Below are positions 1-13,803 of a stretch of DNA of 64,000 nucleotides, one piece after another. The position numbers and the translations under genes were made by a program. Each line of letters starts with the position of its first letter. The stretch's first letter is position 1. This DNA comes from Mustelus asterias (Eukaryota). Location: assembly GCF_964213995.1 (NCBI RefSeq), contig NC_135804.1:58900001-58964000 (forward strand), read 5' to 3'. A model generated the notes under the pieces. It was given only the letters and a program-made list of their open reading frames with translations, was not told the origin of the DNA and did no database searches.

Positions 1-439
1 AGGCTGAGGAGATTGGGTTTGTACTCGTTGGAGTTTAGAAGGATGAGGGGGGATCTTATGGAGACTTATAAGATAATGCGGGGGCTGGATAGGGTGGAGG
101 CGGAGAGATTCTTTCCGCTTAGTAAGGAAGTTAAAACTAGAGGACACAGCCTCAAAATAAAGGGGGGTCGGTTTAAGATAGAGTTGAGGAGGAACTTCTT
201 CTCCCAGAGGGTGGTGAATCTCTGGAATTCTCTGCCCACTGAGGTGGTGGAGGCTACCTCGCTGAATATGTTTAAAGCGCGGATGGATGGATTCCTGATC
301 GGTAAGGGAATTAAGGGTTATAGGGATCAGGCGGGTAAGTGGTACTGATCCACGTCAGATCAGCCATGATCTTATTGAATGGCGGGGCAGGCTCGAGGGG
401 CTAGATGGCCTACTCCTGCTCCTATTTCCTATTTCTTAT
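1..439 (+). mobile_element. CR1/HER1-type LINE 3' end
   Basis: LGLYSLEFRRMRGDL..FFSQRVVNLWNSLP C-terminus plus 3' UTR; near-identical to 47192-47645 in the opposite orientation. Confidence 0.9.
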
Positions 440-480
440 AACAAAATAAAAGTTTGCGGTGAAATAAGAAAGCTTCTTAC

Positions 481-588
481 CAGCTGAAGCTTTTAATTTG
501 AGTCTCGTCAAAATAATTATCAACAGTACAACAGCCAATGCGCCGCCTGCACATCCGAAAATGAGCGTAAATTCGATTCCTGAAATAG
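481..588 (-). CDS. Gene B transmembrane exon
   Basis: AISGIEFTLIFGCAGGALAVVLLIIILTRLKLKASA; an alternative in-frame acceptor lies 9 nt downstream (exon start 579). Confidence 0.9.
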
Positions 589-3500
589 CTACAAGATCAA
601 CAAATGATTGAAATAAGAAACTATAGAACACAGCGAGAATTATACACAGTCTTGGGTCTAGCACGGGAGGGCGCGGTGCAAAGTTGTCTTTCCTGTAATT
701 GTGTCCATTTACTCTGTGTGGGGACCGACACTTTTATTTCTATAGGCAGTAGCTATAGGAGGATTATAACGTGACCCAAACGACAGTAACGCGATTTATG
801 GAGGAAACTAATCTATAAAGGCGCAGGAAGTTTCTCTCTAGACGTGAGGGCTTTTCGGTCAGAGTAAAGGGACTTACATTTGTGCCACGCCAGACAGACG
901 CGCACCGGCTACAAAGAGACGCAAAGTTTTTCATTCTTCAGCACTGACAACGAGAGAATACCTACTGTAGCTCTTTGTAGGTAACAAGAACAGCTTGCAT
1001 TTAACATTCCAAAACGCCCAAACGCAGCGTTATCAAACACAATCAAACCACATAAATAATATTATGACAGCTGGAGGTAGAGTTCAAGGAGCGTCGAAAA
1101 TGAGAGAGTTGGAAAGGCGGGGATACTCAGAGCGGGAGTTGGATTCAGACAGCGGAAGGCACTGTGCGGAGATAACGATTTTATCATACATCCAAATCAA
1201 ATATTCAGGATATAAAAGTGACTACTAAAACTGATCATTTTTGTGTGTACGTTTATTTCACTTGGCAAGAATTTGACGAGGAATAAGCACATCAATCATA
1301 GAACCATAGAAAAGTTGGGGCGGCACGGTAGCACAGTGGTTAGCACTGCTTCTTCACAGCTCCAGGGACCTGGGTTCGATTCCCGGCTTGGGTCACTGTC
1401 TGTGTGGAGTTTGCACATTCTCCTCGTGTCTGCGTGGGTTTCCTCCGGGTGCTCCGGTTTCCTCCCACTGTCCAAAGATGTGCGGGTTAGGTTGATTGGC
1501 CAGGCTAAAATTGCCCCTTAGTGTCCTGAGTTGCGTAGGTTAGAGGGATTAGCGGGTAAATATGTAGGGATTAGGGGGTAGGGCCGGGGTGGGATTGTGG
1601 TCGGTGCAGACTCGATGGGCCAGATGGCCTCTTTCTGCGCTGTAGGGCTTCTATGATTCTAAAATTAAAGCACAGAAGGAGGCCACTCGGCTCATCTTTT
1701 CCATGCCAGCTGCATGGTGCCCTTTCTAATCTCACCTTCCTGCGTCCGGCCCATAGCCCTGTGGCTTACTTAAGGAGTTTAACAACACCAAGTTAATGTC
1801 CAACAGGTTTATTTGGTAGCAAAAGCCACACAAGCTTTCGGAGCTCCAAGCCCCTTCTTCACCTGAAAGCTCCGAAAGCTTGTGTGGCTTTTGCTACCAA
1901 ATAAACCTGTTGGACATTAACCTGGTGTTGTTAAACTTCCTACTGTGTTTACCCCAGTCCAACGCCGGCATCTCCACATCATGCTTACTTAAGGTCCAGA
2001 TCCAGGTACTTTTTTAAAAAAAGTTTAGGGTCTCTGCCTCCACCAACTCAGGCAGCGAATTCCAGACACCCACCGCCCTTTGTGTAAAAAAAGGCATTCC
2101 TCGTGTCTTCTCTACACCTTCTGCCACTTATATTAAATCTATGACCCCTGGTTCTAGAATTCTCCGTCAAGGGAAACGATTTCATCCTGTCCATTCTATC
2201 TCTTCCCCTCATAATTGTGTACACCTCTATCAAGTCACTTCTCAGACTTCTTTGTTCCAAGGAAAATAATCTCAACCTATCCAATCTCTCTTCATAGCTA
2301 CACTTTTCTAGCCCTGGCGATCTCCCGTTTTAGGTCTTTTCAGGAAAATGTTCTCCCTCCTCCAGCTACAAACTATCTTGATCATTTTAATTCGTTCCCA
2401 TTGATGTGACATTGAGATTAAATAAAGTCCACATTAACCCTGTAAATTCGAGTTTGAACAGCTGCCCAGCTACATTAATAATAAATAATACAAATCGGAG
2501 CTTTTACCCCCGCTCGTTTCTGTAAATGTTTCGAATCTTACCTTGCATGACGGTGTAGCTGACACTGGCAGGCACCTGAAGGGAGATATGAGATGCCAGA
2601 CATGTATAAACTGCTCCGTTCTGGAGAGGCTGCGCTTCTTCCAAAGAACTGGAGACCTCAAAAAGACCATCCACTGTCTCGTTTCTCACAGTTTCTATTC
2701 CGGCCAGAATTTCCACACCATCTCTTTGCCAGGAGATTTTTAAATCCTCCGGGTAAAATGCAGCCGTTTTACACTCGAATCTTCGAGAAGTCGCTGAATT
2801 CTCTTCAATCGGAACGATTTTCAGTGGTGTTGGAGGAACTTTTAACAGGGGGAAAAATCATTTTTGAATTGAAAAGAGTAAATTCTCAATTGCCGAACCT
2901 CGATACGCACTTACAGTCATACTGTGATAATAGTTATGGTGCTGTCGCGTTTTTTTAAACTTCGGGCGTGCATTTATTTTATATAATGTTATACGACGCT
3001 CAGCAAAATTGCCGGATGTTTTGCAAGCGGTACACAAAGAGGATCATTCTCCCAGACATGGTAACAACCAGGGAAGAAAATGTCACTGCTCGGAATTAAA
3101 GCCATGATGTGGAGATGCCGGCGTTGGACTGGGGTAAACACAGTAAAAAGTCTCACAACACCAGGTTAAATTCCAACAGGTTTATTTGTCAAATAAACCT
3201 GTTGGACTTTAACCTGGTGTTGTGAGACTTCTTACGGAATTAAAGCAGCAGATCCTGGCGCGGGATTGTGTTTGGCAGCAGTGACCCCGATTCAGATACC
3301 GGTCCGAATGTATCAGAGAGGGAGCACCAACCAGTCGGCATGAACATTGGGTTCTACTCGGGTTTTTCTGTAAGAAGCATTGTTGTACTAAACGTTGTGT
3401 GTTGGCTTGAAAAATGACCCATTTCAAATATTTAATGTTTCCAAACGTATTTTGTTTTATTGATTAATGTTAAGATGCGTGAAATCAAGATACCGCCGAT

Positions 3501-6500
3501 ATCTAAATTGGCTCCAGACAAGATATAGTTATATGTATAGATTAAAACCCGTGAGTTACCATTGATTACACAACATTTCAATGCCCGTGGTTGAGGTTTC
3601 AGATCGTGCAATTTTCACCAAAGCATCTTTCTGGGGGCTGGATGCGAATGTTGGAGTATTTTGCAAGCCAGGATAATTTTTGATAATTATATATCGCTAT
3701 GTAGATCACAACACCCAGGGATTAATTCCAGAGATAAAAACAGGCCCCATGTTGGTAAACTCAGCGGTTTGACTGAGTTTTCATTTCAGATTTCCAGCAA
3801 CGGCAGTATTTTGCTTTTATTTGACTGGTTAGTTTGCCCTTCTGCAATTTTACTCGATCTGCTGAACACATTTTGTCTGGAGAAGATTCCGCTTCGAGCA
3901 GCCCAAAGTTACAATTTTCTGATGTGAACCGCTCTATCTATCTGTCCACTCTATCTCCAATCACCTTTTAACTGGACGTGAAGTCTCGTTTCATCGATTT
4001 ATTTATTAGAATCAATCTCCTTAATATTTTTTATTTACAAGTCTACTTTTCCGACATTGTAGCTCCTTGACACAAATTAATAATTTACAAGTATTATTAA
4101 CTTTCAAAATTATGTTAGTCTTTATTCCCAGCCAAACCTCAGAATTCCTCCATTCTTTCCCCATGGACCTGCTTTAGGTACAATACAAAATGCGACAGAA
4201 TTCCCGCTGGGGAGAAAGAAGCGCATGGGGACTGTACACAGAAGTAATGAATTACACATAGACGTTTATAGAAATGTTCGGTGGTATCCATTCTCCACTT
4301 TACCAGTTGTGAGTGCATCATAGAAAGTCCAGTTGGCGTACCCCAAAGGTTCAAACCAGAGCATCGGGCACCTTAACTGTCCTGTAAAGTCCAGGACCCG
4401 GGGTGGAATCCAGCATTGAGGGAAAGATCAAAACCCTCCTTCTCAGAGGATTGTAGCATTCCATTGTGGAAAGATCTTGGAATTTCAAACAAGTTACTAA
4501 TGGACACAACTACAACATATAAACTGTTATCCTAGGAACAGGGGCCCATTCAGCCCGACTCCCTTTGCTCTGCCAACCTTGGTGATAGTGATTAACACTG
4601 CTGCCTCACAACGCTAGGGACCCGGGTTCAATTCCTGGCTTGGGTGACTCTGTGCGGAGTTTGCACATTCTCCCTGTGGGTTTCTTCCGGCTGCTCCAGT
4701 TTCCTCCCAAACTCCAAAGATGTGCTGATTAGATGGATTGGCCATGCTAAATTGCCCCTTAACGTTCGGTGATTTAGCAGGGTAAATACGTAGGGTTAGG
4801 GGGATAGGGCCTGGGCGCGATTGTTGTCGGTGCAGGTTCGATGGGCCAAATGGCTTCCTTCTGTACTGTAGGTATTCTATGATTCTGCCTGATCTCTAAG
4901 TCAACTCCATTTGTCCGACTTAATTCATACTTAGCAAAAATCTAGCCGTCGCAAATTTAAGGCAATGACGTAAAGAAAGTGTTACATCAGCAATTTTGGG
5001 CAGTGGGCGGAAAAGGGATCTGATTTTGGAAATACTCGTTGCTATACTCGGGGAATTTTCACCTGAGTTTATCATGAAGGCACTTAGAGTGAGGGTTCAG
5101 AAAAGGTTTGTTGGAGATTTACCAGGGTCAAGGGTTGTAGATTATGTGCAGAGACTGAAGAAACCACGGTTGTTCTCTTTAGACCTGATAGCTTTAAGAG
5201 GAGGCTGGATAGCGATTTTGAAAGTTCTGACAAATTTGATAAAGTCAGTGAGCAGAAAGTGTTCTCAGTGACACAAGAGTCAGCAACCAGAAGGTGTTTG
5301 GCAAAAGAACGCAAGGATTCTGATCTTTGAGTGGAACGTAATGACAGTCAAGTCCCTGTTATTGTTACCATGTTGTTCAGCTTAAATCGCGAGCAGTGAG
5401 TGTAGGGATCCCGATTGATTTTCGCTTCCTGGTTAAATCAACTAACTCGGCATTTCGAAACGGCCCTGCAACAAACAGAAATGCCTTGAATAACCGGTCT
5501 TACTTTCCTCGAAATCTTCTTTTTGCAATCACCTTTGCGGGGGAATATTCCTTCCTTTTTGATTTAAGTTAAATGATCTTTGAAGTTTTGTAAAAGATTT
5601 GACCTGGGAGGTGTTAAAATTGCTTACATTGTTCAATTGTGGCACCATTGTGGCGAGAAGGAACCAGACCCTAACATCCCATTACAACATCAATGCAAAA
5701 CACTGCACAGGCTTGAAATTTGAAATACAAACCGAAAATACCGAGAATGTTCAGAGTTCGGGCAAGATCTGTGTAGAGAAACTGAGTTAACGTTTCAGAT
5801 CATTTCATCATCGACATGAAAGGTTAACTTTGTTTCCCTCCACAGAGAGAACAGATATGTTGAGGTTTTTCCAAATTTTTCTCTTTATATTTCGTGTATT
5901 TCCATTGCTTAATTTCAAAATGAAAATATCCACTGTGCATCGAGGGAGGTCAGTGGAGGACAATCCAGTGTTCTGTTAAAATAATTCGCTATAACCAGCT
6001 TTTCCTCCAGTGATAAAAAAATCAAATTGCATATATGGCGCTGAGCTGAAATCCTCCCGTTTACAATAACACCTACCGTACACAGTAAGCTGGGTGCCAG
6101 TTCCAGTTTCATTAGATTTTTCTGGATATTTTACTTTACAATAATACACTCCGGAATCTGCGAAAGTCACATTCAGGAATTCAAGCGAACTTCTTCCCTT
6201 GTTCGCATCAAATCGCTTTCTGCTGTCTGGTTGGAGAAAGGATTGCTCTCCGCGTCTCCACCAACGAACATCGGGCGCATCTTGAAATATGGGAAATGTG
6301 CAGAACATGGAAGCATTCGCGCCTCTGCTCACCTTCAAGTATTTAGGGATCTGAACCACTTCGTTCCAAGTTACTCCGGCGGCTGTCAGGAAAGTAACAA
6401 AGGCGGTGAGGTAACAGATAAAGAAAAATAACTGAGAGAAGTAAATTATACAAACAAGCAATCGAATTAGAGAAGCACAGTATCCAATTTTACAGTGGGT

Positions 6501-6625
6501 AACAGCTCCAGAGTCTTTTAAATTAGGATCTGCTATTGTGAAATCGGCAGCATCTAATAACGAAATGTACCTGGCCAAAACACGCCCAGGAGAGCCATGT
6601 AGTGAACTGTAACTTGTATCGACAT
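481..6625 (-). CDS. Gene B: paralogous leader-V(J)-C1-TM IgSF receptor, 3' exons beyond the left window edge
   Basis: join of 6571-6625, 6077-6382, 2542-2838, 481-588; open frame, GT-AG introns; leader, V and C1 exon sizes identical to gene A (55, 306, 297). Confidence 0.88.
1318..1660 (+). mobile_element. HE1-type V-SINE
   Basis: tRNA-like head with A/B boxes (GGTTCGATTCC), V-domain core, LINE-derived tail. Confidence 0.9.
1776..1982. mobile_element. Palindromic mini-Penelope insertion
   Basis: Inverted pLTR arms; flanking duplication GCTTACTTAAGG (1764-1775, 1983-1994). Confidence 0.8.
2542..2838 (-). CDS. Gene B C1-set exon
   Basis: VPPTPLK..FECKTAAFYPEDLKISW..YTCLASH..; AAG| acceptor and G|GTAAGA donor. 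Confidence 0.93.
3103..3234. mobile_element. Palindromic mini-Penelope insertion
   Basis: Inverted arms; duplication CGGAATTAAAGC (3091-3102, 3235-3246). Confidence 0.8.
4190..4482 (-). pseudogene. Fossil extra C1 exon in gene B V-C1 intron
   Basis: IPRS..DLSLNAGFHP..TLQDS*..FYKRLCVIH; homologous to 59520-59832. Confidence 0.5.
4580..4885 (+). mobile_element. HE1-type V-SINE
   Basis: Diverged copy of 1318-1660. Confidence 0.8.
6077..6382 (-). CDS. Gene B V-set exon with J-like G strand
   Basis: ASMFC..VRWW..ADSGVYYC..ETGTGTQLTV; CAG| acceptor, G|GTAGGT donor. Confidence 0.93.
6571..6625 (-). CDS. Gene B leader exon MSIQVTVHYMALLGVFWP
   Basis: Homologous to gene A leader, CAG|GTACAT donor. 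Confidence 0.85.
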
Positions 6626-6776
6626 GTTGCATTTCGTTAGCTACTTGCTGCAAATGAGAATGATATCTACGATGGTTTGCCTAAGTAATAGATTTCATGG
6701 TTAAATATACGAAACGTGTGACCATGACATGAGAGATCACATGACTGAAACAGCGTATTGTGTTCGTTTACATTTC

Positions 6777-6821
6777 TGTGTGTGTGTGTGTGTGTTATAT
6801 GTGGGGGGGGGGGGGGGGGGG
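6777..6821. repeat. (TG)n plus poly-G tract upstream of the gene B ATG exon
   Basis: Direct reading; the homologous position in gene A has only a short TG run. Confidence 0.9.
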
Positions 6822-7171
6822 AGGGTGGTGGTCGCGGTAGAAGCTGACCTCCTAACTGCCGCCGAAAGGCTATCACTTGAAGACCAATTTTCTGCAGCCA
6901 CTTTCGGAACACTTCGTTCCCGATTTTCTTTTTAACACCAGACTTTGATTCTTCACTTAATCCTGAAAATAACGATGTCGGCTGCAGGCGGCCTTCCAGC
7001 GCTTCATCTGAGATATCTTATTTTCCTGTAGGAGCATAAAGTCTGCAAATATTTACCCTGAGTACTTTGAACTGAGTGCGATCGGGACCTCAAGCAACCT
7101 CCAGCCACCTGACTTGTAGCAGAATCACTGGAATAACTATTCAGATTAACAATCTCCCTATATTAGTTGCA

Positions 7172-7258
7172 CTCCACTCACCTGGTGAAGGAGCAGCGCT
7201 CCGAAAGCTCGTGATGCCAAATAAACCTGTTGGACTTTAACCTGGTGTTGTGAGACTT
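7172..7258 (+). mobile_element. Single pLTR arm with variant hammerhead (CTGGTGA..GAAA)
   Basis: Same pLTR end sequence as the other copies. Confidence 0.7.
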
Positions 7259-8819
7259 ATATTAATTCCAAACTTGTTGAGGCCAAGTTTAAGCTCACAG
7301 CGCCAGACACGAAACTTTAGCCCTTTTTCTACATGTTTCCATTTTACAGTCCAGCAGATCGGATGCGCAACAAGTAATTGTCGTGGGAATAACAATAGCA
7401 AAATACCACGGATACTAGAAACCTGGAAAAATAAACCCAGAAAGCGCTGTAAACAACTCAGCAGGCCTCGCAGTATCTGCAGAGCGATCAACCCAGTTAA
7501 AATTTCGAGTCGAATATAACTTTATTCGGAAGGAAGGAATTTTTGCGGTGTGTTGGGTGATTTCCGCAGATGGAATTGCCAGGAGAAGAAAACTAAAACG
7601 ACCCTCGTCAAGCTGGTTGCAAAAGGAAAGGACATCTCAATAAAAGTAAGGCCGATTATTGGCGACATTCAGTTTGTGATGGGTTGCAGTTTTCAAATCC
7701 GCTCTTTTGTCGAGTTAGTTGATCTGAATCAGGGGAGAAAATCAACCAGGAATCCTACTCCTCGCTGCCGCCCATTGGAGCGGCAGCTTTGGTAAGAACA
7801 GGATGAGACTAGACTGTAACTAACTTCCATCTGTATACCCGAAACCTCGGCTTCTTTTGCCAATCACCTTAAATCTGTCTTCTGCTTCCCGATGTTTGTG
7901 TTACTGGGAACACTTCTTACTTACTTTATCAAAATTGTTCATAACTTTAAGGTCGCTATGCAGCCTCGTTTTAACCTTCTGGACTCTAAGGAGAACAACC
8001 ATAGCTTCTCCGGTCTCTCCACCTAATCCCAGTCCCCAACTTTGGCAAATCTCCAACAAATCTGCGCCCTCTCTAAATCCCCGACATCCTTCAGATTGAA
8101 CAGATTAGTCCAACTCAGGCTGAACTGGTGGTTTATGAAGGTTTAGAATAGCTTCCTTACTGCATTCTGTGTCTCTGCTAAAGAAGTCCCGTATTTTCTA
8201 TGTTCTCAACAGCTTCCTCATTTGTTCCGAAACCTTCAAATATCGCATATTCACCCCGAGATCTTTACTTTCATCGAAATCTCCTTTCTCTCTGCAATCA
8301 GTAAAATGCGATTATCTCAGTTTCTCCTCATAGTTCTATATTTACGGAGGGTAGCAAAGGTGGCAGATCTTTAGTAAATATAAATGTAAGTGAGCTGACA
8401 TCTCAGCTAATTAGAGGGGGGTTAGCCATACAATTACTTCTGTTATTTGGTAACAGTGAATGCAAATTCAATCTTGTCGTGAGGCATATGATAGCGAAAT
8501 GGAATAGATAGTTTTCTATTTACTCCGGCCTGTTCTGAAGGAGGGAACTTGTGGCAGCATCTTGATTAGTGAAGAATAATTGTCCGCCTCAACTCTCCTC
8601 CCTTACTGAATCCAATATTTGCCCAACGCTTCGCCCCTATAGAGGAACCTGTTATCCCGTGGGGATTTACAAGGAACACCTAAAATAAAAAAAGAATCAT
8701 GATGGCCAACATTGGAACAGATCCAGAACGCCGACCCCCAGGAATGTCACAGTTGTTTGTGATCTTTCTCGAGACTGCTCCTGAAATTTTCAAAGGGAAA
8801 TGCCTCTAATAACTAACCC

Positions 8820-9105
8820 ACTGCTGTCTCACAGCGCCAGGAACCCAGGTTCGATTTCAGCCTTGGGTGACTGTGTGGAGTTTGCACGTTCTCCCTCTGC
8901 GTGGGTTTCCTCCAGGTGCTCCAGTTTCCTCTCACAGTTCAAAGTTTAGGTGGACTGGCCCTTAGTGCCCCAAGTGTGTAATTTAGGGGGATTGTGTGGG
9001 GTTACAGAGATGGGAGGGGGGGGGGGTGTTTGATAAACTGCTCTGTCGGCGATTCGGTGCCGACTCGATGGGCAACATGGCCTTCTTCCGGACTGTAGGG
9101 ATTCT
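8820..9105 (+). mobile_element. HE1-type V-SINE
   Basis: Diverged copy of 1318-1660. Confidence 0.75.
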
Positions 9106-9859
9106 AAAAATGCTGCATGACATTTTCCATTAGAAGCGCTTGCAGTGGTGAGTAAACCATAAGAATATGTCACAGACCAATACTTTCTCATTGAACAGAA
9201 GATCAAGATTCATGAAAACAAAATTGATGAATGTTGGAAACATGAAATTAAATATCAAATGTTCGAAATGGAATAAAGAGGTCCCGGCTTCTGTAGAAAA
9301 AGTCAGAAGGCACAGAGAGGCTGATGTACTTTTGAAGATTCAATCATATGGCCTTGTCCATGTAATGTGAAATGACATTGGAACAAGAGTCGCGCTCTTT
9401 AGCTCTGTGAGAAGGGCAGTGAGTGGGAGAATCGGAGGAGGGAAGCGGTGAACGGGAGGGGGTGAGAGGGAAGCAGCTAATGGGAAGGTCAGGACAGCGA
9501 AACGGCGAGCGGGAAGTTTGGGAGAGGGAAGTGGCGAGTGGGAGTTTCAGCAAGTGGGAAGTTTAAGAGAGGTGGTGAGCAGATGGGTCGGGAAAGGCGA
9601 CAAGGGGAAGAGATGAGAGTGGTGGTGAGCGGAAGCTTCGAGAAAGCAGCAAGCATGAGAAAAGTTAACGGGGTCATTAAATTATGTGGAGTTAACAAGT
9701 TAGTTGGAGTATTTTTGTGCCAACTAGGTTTAAGGCAGCGCATAGAATCTTTCAATCAGCTGTGTATAACGATACCGAGTCTATTAGAGATGGCATTTGG
9801 ATTTAATTGATGATGGTAAACATGCGTGTCAACCGTAGCTCATTGGTAGTACTTCGATT

Positions 9860-10105
9860 ACTGGCTTGGGTCACTGTCTGTGTGGAGTTTGCACGTTCTC
9901 CTTGTGTCTGCGTGGGTTTCCTCCGGTGCTCCCATTTCCTCCCACAGTCCAAAGATGTTCAGGTTAGGTGCATGGGCCATGCTAAATTCTCCCTCAGTGT
10001 ACTCAAACAGGCGCCGGAGTGTGGCGACTAGGGGATTTTCACAGTAACTTGATTGCAGTGTTAATGTCAGCCTACTTGTGACACTAATAAATAAACTTTA
10101 ACTTT
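9860..10105 (+). mobile_element. V-SINE variant with a different 3' tail
   Basis: V core followed by an alternative tail ending AATAAATAAACTTTAACTTT. Confidence 0.7.
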
Positions 10106-11311
10106 AGCACTTTCTCCATGTGCCAAAGGTGATGGGCTCTATTCCCACTCCAATAAGGTCAACACAAATTCTAGCAGCACTGATGAAGAATTGCGTGACA
10201 GATGATGCTCTATTTTGGAAGAGACATTAGAACAAGACTCCCTCATTCACCAGCGGTGAATGTAAATAATCCCAACAGACAATTGGAGGAAGAGCAGATG
10301 AGTTCTCCTTCCATACAATATTTATCACTTGTCGCTTAAAAGTAAATGGCCGGAATTTTTCGGCCCTTGCTCCTGCAAGCAAGGGCGGAAAATTTGGCGC
10401 TCAGTCAAATGCCATTAACTGCAAGAGGACCAGAGAATCCCGCTGGCATGAACGGCCGGAAAATATCTCGTATTTATCTGTGTTGTTTGGGGGACTCTGC
10501 ACAAATTGTTGTCTATTTCCAAAAACAGTGACTGCATTTTGAAATGTACATCATTAGTTAAAACGCTCTGGGAAGTTTGTATAGCTTGTATACAAGGCTT
10601 GTATAGACTTGCTTTCTTTTCTGGAATGCCAGTCGCACCCGCGGATTCCCTGGTCCGCTGCAGCAAACGAAGATTTGGCTCAGTGCCAAATTCTCCGTCC
10701 TACCTTCCGCAGGGCGAGAACAGCCGGAAAATTATGATCATGCAGCCTCCGTATGTGATGCATATTTTTCCAATGGTCTTGATGTGCAAAACAAACTCCA
10801 CCAACTTAACTGGAGTTGTCATAAGTAAACGGTTGGACATTTTGCTGCACTGTGAAGGATTAGATCAGATGTATCTATACTGCTAAAAAGGGATATGTTG
10901 TTGAAGCTTTTTCTCTTGTACTGTTCAGGTAAAAGGCAAGAATGTCATATTTCAAACCAACAGAAAAAGTTAGGCCACAGGAGAAAAGAGGAGCTGATTG
11001 CTTGACAGGTCAACTCTGATTGGCCGAAATATTGCCATGAAGAAAGCAACTGGGAACTATAGGTGCTGCATGCGTCCAGGCAATTCAGAAAGATGCAGAG
11101 CATGGTCGTTTTGTTTGCAGAGAACCGGCCCCTGAATTTGAATGGAGGTTATATGTAGCATGTGTAAAACAGCCATGTCACTAATTTGACTAATTACTTT
11201 ATTTGGTTGTTAGTATACTATAACACAGCCACAATTGTTCAACAAGTGCTGCTAAGTCACAAAATCACATCTCACAGTAGATGTTTGGTTTAGATTTTGC
11301 AAACGTGGCCT

Positions 11312-12262
11312 GTAGACCATAAAGGCCATAGGATATAGGAGCAAAATTAGGCCATTCAGTCCATCAAGTCTGCTCTGCCATTTGATCATGGCTGATATGT
11401 TTCTCAACCCCATTCTCCCGCCTTTTCCACCAACCTTTGATCCCATTAGCAATCAAGAACGTATCTATCTCTGTCTTAAATAAACTCAATGAGCTGGCCT
11501 CCACAGCTTTCTGTGGCAATTGATTCCACAGATTCGCCATGCTCTGACTGATGAAATTCCTCCTCATCTAGGTTCTAAAGGGTTGTCCCTTTATTCTGAG
11601 GCTGTGCCTTCGGATCCTACTCTTTCCTACTAATGGAAACATCTTCTTCACTTCCATCCTATCCAGGCCTTTCAGTATTCTATAAGTTTCAATGAGATCC
11701 CCCTTCATCCTTCCAAACTTCATTGAGTACAGACCCAGAGTACACAAATGCTCCTCATACATCAAGCGTTTCATTCCCGGGATCATCCTCATGAACCTCT
11801 TCTGGTCCATCTCCAAGGTCAACACATCCTTCCTTAGATACAGGGCCCAAAATTGCTCACGATATTCCAAATGTGGCCTGACCAGAGCCTTATAAAGCCT
11901 CAGCAGTGCATCCCTGCTTTTGTATTCCAGTCCTCTTGAAATGAATGCTAAAATTGCATTTGCCTTCCTAATTATCAACTCAACCTGCAAGTTAACCTCA
12001 TGAGAATCCTGAACTAGGATTCCCAAGTCCCTTTGCGCTTCTGATTCCTGAATGCTTTCCCCATTTAGAAAATAGTCTATGCCTCTATTCTTTCTACCAA
12101 AGTGCATAACCTCACACTTTCCCACATTGTATTCCGTTTGCCATTTCTTTGTCTACTCTCCGAACCTGTCCAGGTCTTTCTGCAGCCTCTCTGTCTCCTC
12201 AATACTACCTGTATCTCCACCTACATTTGTATCATCTGCAAACTTTGCCGCAATGTTATTAT
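11312..12262 (-). mobile_element. CR1-type LINE 3' fragment
   Basis: ORF 11568-12125 KCEVMHFG..RPHLEY. Confidence 0.85.
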
Positions 12263-13064
12263 CCATTACAGCTGAAAATAAAGCAGGCTGCACGCAAAGC
12301 TATTTCTGGAATGTTCTCAGAAAAACAGCGACATTTCTCTAAAATTAACGATATTTTAACATTGATGCTGATTTCAAGATTTTTGGTTTGCCTTTCAGTT
12401 TTCAGAATCAGCACGCCGGGGATCGCAGAACATATTTACAAATGTTTTGTTGAGAGATGTGAGGTTTCAAATTAATGTCTTAAATTATTCTTCATCTCAA
12501 CTTTGAACGAGTAACACAGGCATTGTGCAACTTGCAGGTCCTAAAATGGGCGCAGCGTCTAACCACAAGTGTTTCCATTATACCATGAGCAGAATCGCTG
12601 TGCAGTTCTTGCAATTTCCCATTAGCTCTAGCTACCAGTCCACGTTGTGGTATATAATTAGCTGAAGAAATCAGCTATAAGAAGAGACATTGTATATAGA
12701 CAAGTTGCAAAGGTTCTCACTTGAGCAACAGCAATCGCGCATTACAACACAAATCTAAAATTGATGCCTTTGTAGTCATCATCAGAATTGAACAGATTAT
12801 AAACAGGAAGAACTTACAAAGGATAACAAATGGAAATAGGAGTTAAACTCACACATAAAGACCACCCACACAGTCACACACATAGAACAAGTGGTATTTG
12901 TAATGTACCTTCGACGTAGTAAATTATCACAAGACCATTATCAAACACGTTTTAATACTGAGCAACGTTGGTGACTGGCAGACTTTAAAGGAAGACAGAG
13001 AGAAGCAGAGTTGTTTTGGGGATGGAATTCCTGACCTTAGGCCCTTTGCAGCTGGTATGACTGC

Positions 13065-13803
13065 CAATTTTGATTTTGATTTGATTTATTGTTGTCACAT
13101 GTATTAACATACAGTGAAAAGTATTGTTTCTTGCACGCTATGCAGACAAAGCATACCGTTCATAGAAAAGGAAAGGACAGAGTGCAGAATGTAGTGTTAC
13201 AGTCATAGCTAGGGTGTAGAGAAAGATCAACTTAATGCAAGGTAAGTCCATTCAAAAGTCTGAAAGCAGCAGGGAAGAAGCTGTTCTTGAGTCATGTTGG
13301 TAAGTGACCTCAGACTTTTGTATTTTCTTCCCAATGGAAGAAGGTGGAAAAGAGAATGTCTGGGGTGTGTGTGGTCCTTAATTATGCTGGTTGCTTTGCC
13401 GAGGCAGCGGGAAGTGTAGACAGAGTCAATGGATGGTTTGCGTGATGGATTGGGCTACATTCATGACCTTTTGTACTTTTGTGTGGTCTTGGGCAGAGCA
13501 GGAGCCATACCAAGCTGTGATACAACAGAAAGAATGTTTTCTATGGTGCATCTGTAAAAGTTGGTGAGAGTCGTAGCTGACATGCCAAATTTCCTTAGTC
13601 TTCTGAGAAAGTCGAGGTGTTGGTGGGCTTTCTTAACCATAGTGTCGGCATGGGGGGACCAGGACAGGTTGATAGTGATCTGGACACCTAAAAACTTGAA
13701 GCTCTCGACCCTTTCTACTTCGTCCCCATTGATGTAGACAGGGGCATGTTCTTCTTTACGCTTCCTGAAGTCGATAACAATCTCCTTCATTTTGTTGACA
13801 TTG
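13065..13803 (-). mobile_element. Rex1/Babar-type LINE 3' fragment
   Basis: NKMKEIVIDFRK..VESFKFLGV..LRRLRKFG..FYRCTIENIL; (ATCAA)n-like tail. Confidence 0.8.

Larger units (their letters stand above)
1296..2325 (-). mobile_element. CR1-type LINE 3' fragment interrupted by a SINE and a Penelope hairpin
   Basis: ORF 2048-2284 RLFSLEQRSLRSDLIEVY. Confidence 0.75.

Noticed and set aside
1318-1395. tRNA gene
   Set aside because: tRNA-derived SINE head that continues into the V-domain core; many copies in the window.
5976-6653. 225-aa single-exon ORF
   Set aside because: Chance read-through of introns around the V exon; the true leader is in another frame and matches gene A.
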